From Phallusia mammillata (taxonomy: Eukaryota): a stretch of 64,000 nucleotides of DNA. Positions 60,501 to 64,000 of this stretch are shown here, piece by piece. The stretch lies in NCBI GenBank assembly GCA_965637545.1, contig OZ281499.1:21142001-21206000 (forward strand), written 5' to 3'. The number at the start of each line of letters is the position of its first letter. Position 1 is the stretch's first letter. Below the pieces are notes generated by a model, which saw only the letters and a program-made list of their open reading frames with translations, ran no database searches and was not told the origin of the DNA. The translations under genes were made by a program, and so were the position numbers.

Positions 60501-61098
60501 AGCGATTCTGTGGATCCACGTTTACCGCAAGTCAAAATAGCAGAGCACACCTGCAGAAGAGAACCGGCCTTGAATTAAAGGTGTCAGATTTTCGCGGTTT
60601 TAATCTAGAATGAATTAAAGTCGCCATCGCGGTTTGAGAAACTGTGGTTAAAGGAAGGAGACAGTTTTAAATTAAAGCACTTAACCTATTATGCTGTGGT
60701 GTAAAAAACGCACTCTTTTTTAAAACGCTTTAATGTTGTGGCTTATTTGTTTGGTTTCTATGAAGGAAAGCGCTTTTCGGGCCTCGGGTATTTGCAATGT
60801 GAGACTTTATCGCGCAGCTGGGATCTCGCATATCGTTTAGCTCTGAAAACCGAGCGGTTTTAAGATCTCAACCCCAGATAGCCTTGTTAAAAGCTAGTTG
60901 TTGGTTTGACTTTTGACCTAATCCCTTCGCGGCCCGGCGGGCCAGCTGGCAAAACCCGTGCGAAACGCCTGAAAACTCAGTGGTAATGGAAACTTGCCTG
61001 TGAGTTGAACATCTTGGTCCAATCTCTCACGCTTCTCAGTAGCCTTGTTGTTTTGCGCTCCAGTCAAAAGTCACCTGGCCAACGTCAACGTTTGTGAC

Positions 61099-61119
61099 CT
61101 TTCCTTTCTTTTGTTACAG
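61099..61119 (+). other. Strong 3' splice acceptor 32 nt upstream of the BMP ATG (5'UTR intron or trans-splice acceptor)
   Basis: CTTTCCTTTCTTTTGTTACAG|G; no partner donor identified nearby. Confidence 0.6.
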
Positions 61120-61151
61120 GTTTTTTTCCGGCGTAAACATATCTGAACAAA

Positions 61152-61734
61152 ATGTCACACAAGCGCTTCACTTTTATCCACATCGCTGTGTTCTGTTTAC
61201 TCTTGGCGCTTTGCTTGTCGCAAGCCTCAGCGAAACGTTCACGAAAAGGCGGGAAAGGACGGCGCGGAAACCGGCCATCAGATAGCGAAAATAACCGAAG
61301 TGAGTTTGCCGCAAGTCGAAACAACTCGAGCGCAGTCGCTTCGCCGGAGCTCGACGTCGCAGTTTCCGCGGAGGAAGAGGAAGTTTCACGCGGAAGTAGT
61401 AGAACAGCTGGACGCTCACGATCGCAGAAAACAAGGCCACAAAAACGCGGGAAAAAGCGCAAGGGCCGAAAAGGCAAACGCGGCCGCAAAAGGCCACAGA
61501 AAAAGGTGATGCGGGACGTTATGCGTAAACTATTTGGATTTGATCACATGATTGAAGGAAAAGGAAGGTTGAATTCGGTAATTCCGATTGATCCCGCGGT
61601 AGAGGATTCGGGTCCTATTCAACCTCCGGAGTTTATGTTGGAACTCTACCAGTCCTACAAGGAGGACTCCAGTATGATGCACTTGAAGTTTGGTTCCCAT
61701 GGAAACACAGTGAGGAGTTTCTTCTCAGTGGCAG
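61152..61734 (+). CDS. First coding exon (signal peptide and start of prodomain) of a BMP-type TGF-beta superfamily precursor, BMP3/GDF10-like or ADMP-like; gene continues beyond the window
   Basis: Signal peptide MSHKRFTFIHIAVFCLLLALCLSQASA. Prodomain motifs MRKLFGF, QPPEFMLELYQSY and HGNTVRSFF match BMP-family prodomain signatures (L..FG, PP.YML.LY, GNTVRSF). Phase-1 donor GCAG|GTGAGA at 61735. No further exon recognised before 64000. The mature domain is not in the window, so the subfamily is unresolved. Confidence 0.88.
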
Positions 61735-64000
61735 GTGAGAGCTTGCTTCTATTTTCAAATGATTGTTGTCCGACATTTTTATACTTTGTCCTAAGAAAGT
61801 ACAAGTTTGGCAACATCAAAAAGCAATAATAAACTGTTAGGAGTTCCGCTGGCAAATTTACATAGTTTTGTGTGCACTAAAATAGGCGCCTTTTAAGGCC
61901 ATCGGCGAACCGGTAACACAAAAATCGTACTTGCTCCACCACTTTCGCTGAAAAATTTGGCACAGTTACAGTGCAACGGCCCATAAACATCCAACACCAA
62001 ACATGTGTGTTTCATAAACACCGGGGACACCTGTAACTGGCTGTGGCTGTAGCCAGGCGGATGCGTAAGGCCCAAGTATTGCGGAAAGTGTGGGCCGGTT
62101 TGCTCGTTCGACCGCGATAGGATTTTATATGCGATTCCTTAACATGTACTTTGTGGTCGGTTCGCGTGCGTGAAGCTCCAATGGAAGAAATCCAGTTGTT
62201 TCAAAGTCTTAACACCTGACTTGGTCTGCAGGTACAAAAACGAACAAATTTGTAATTAAAGTGACTGATGATGGCATGAGCATTTGCCGAAACGGTTAAA
62301 ACATAGAGCAAATCGCTTTTTACGTTTATTTGGGCCGTTAATTTTATCATTAACAGATTTTCGATAGTGTTTCAAAATGAAACGTGTGACAAAGTATTTT
62401 CATCATTAGTGAAATAGGTTGTAACTTTCCGTAAAATACTTTGTCTTGCTTGTCCCGTTTTTGTAACAGTACCTAAAGTTTTTTCACTTGTTTTCTTCTA
62501 TGTCGACAAAAATTAGGGAGTTTCGTATGTTTGTTGGAGAAAGTTATAGCGACATTATAAGACTCACTAATAGACAGAACTGGTGGTCTTAACTTAAACC
62601 GACGAAAACTAAGTTACAAACAATTTGAGTGTTAAAAAAGGTTTGTTAACATATTGCCCAAGGGTTTAATGTTTATCACAGTACCGAATCTGTATAGTTC
62701 AAACCCTCTATTGACCCTGTAACGATCGTTTCATGTTTGTCTTAACGTTTTACGGCAACAACGAGGGTTTGTTTTGACGAATAACAAGAAATCAAAGGCA
62801 GCTAGTTAAACACACTTCATCCGTTTGTGGCTGTTTATTGACCTGGTGTTGTGCTAGCGTTCACGCAATATAAAAAGTTTACCAGGCAATAACCCGTTTT
62901 AGGATTAGCAACTTATTAAAGTGTTTTCCAATGTACTAAGCATGTACTAATTAAGAGTAACCGCTTGGCCCCTTTTTCTAGAATGCACAATGTAAAAAAA
63001 AAAACGTGACAGTATAAAAATGTCTAAAGGCGCATAGAATTCAAATAAGGCACAACATATGAAAAAAGTTATGATATGCTTTTAAAAAAACAAAAACGGT
63101 TAAGGCAAAAGATGGTAATATGCTTTTAGTGTAAGAAAGAAAAAAAAACATTTTGCGCACTACACTGATTCACATTTTGCGCACTACTGATTTGAAACAA
63201 GCCGGTACCAGCAAGTATGCAACTGTTACCAGCCAACGTTAACTAGATATCAGATGCAACTTAATGCGTCAAAGGACTTCTAAAGCAACCACAAAACGTG
63301 TTTTTGACACGAACGCTCCACCGCAGTGTGAAAATGGCAGGTTGCAATGAAGTGCCTCGCGAGAACACGGACCACCCGTGCAAACGTAAAGCAGAAAAGT
63401 TTAATGCAATTACGATGCCACGTTTTAGATCAAACAAAATTCACACCGTTTAAACTTTAGCAAATATCTTATTTTGGCCAAATAAATGTAAGGCCCCTGC
63501 AGGTATCAAGGCCTATCTATAAACTATTTTCTACAACTAAACAAACTTTGTGAACCGTTGTGAGTGCGTTTAAATTTTCAAATCGGATGAGACCAAAAAC
63601 CTTTTTATGCATTTAAAAAATGTAGGCAGTGAGCCTTCATAGTTTCAGATACCTTATTATTCAGACGGTAACCCGAAAAGTTACGCCCACAGGGCGGTGA
63701 ATTAAAAACTGTCGGAAAACCGTCAACGATGACATGGAAACGCAATTTTAACACGAAATTTCTTCGAAACAGAGTGCAGAGAATTTGCTAAACCCCTAAA
63801 CTTAAATTTAATCCAGCCCCTGTCAAACCACAACCGCACAGTTTGTAGCAACTAGAAGCAAAATCGTGTTTTAGTGGATGTGGTGTTGACTAGAATATTG
63901 AGGTAACGATGACTGTCATTTTTCTCCTGGTGAATTTGGTGAAAGATATACACCCGAACTTTTCCAATTATTAGTTTTTTTTTGGATCAAGAACGCCCTA

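Noticed and set aside
33827-61151. Search for a nested or adjacent FGF gene (vertebrate FGF5 neighbour) or Pinhead (ascidian ADMP neighbour)
   Set aside because: No FGF core motifs or secreted Cys-rich exon chain were found by eye. A tBLASTn would be needed to exclude highly diverged exons.
61085-61497. Two antisense ORFs (134 and 107 aa) over the BMP exon
   Set aside because: Shadows of the GC-rich, low-complexity coding strand.
61693-61706. X-box-like palindrome GTTCCCATGGAAAC
   Set aside because: Lies in BMP coding sequence (SHGN codons of the conserved GNTVRSF motif), so it is explained by coding constraint.

Overview
AT-rich, intron-containing eukaryotic genomic DNA. GT-AG introns of mostly 70-900 bp, chordate-type proteins, frequent TGACGTCA words and a near-perfect ascidian spliced-leader word suggest a tunicate-like invertebrate chordate; this is an inference. 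The supplied ORF track mostly shows single exons or noise, so I spliced the genes by hand, checking intron phase. Five complete multi-exon genes and one partial gene result: (1) a tomoregulin/TMEFF-like follistatin-EGF-TM protein (+, 6003-8505); (2) a secreted protein fusing a divergent galectin-like domain to a trypsin-type S1 protease of the tPA/uPA/neurotrypsin type (+, 12297-18325); (3) an orphan two-TM protein with three PPxY motifs (+, 21929-24632); (4) CFAP96/C4orf47 (-, 27855-32040), head-to-head with (5) CFAP299/C4orf22 (+, 32886-48380, with a 10.5-kb intron); and (6) the first coding exon of a BMP-type TGF-beta precursor (+, 61152-61734). The main leads are the galectin-protease fusion and the CFAP299-to-BMP arrangement. 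That arrangement resembles vertebrate CFAP299-BMP3 microsynteny and is surrounded by about 23 kb of gene-free, CACCTG-enriched non-coding DNA. No prokaryotic features, CRISPR arrays, tRNA or rRNA genes were seen.
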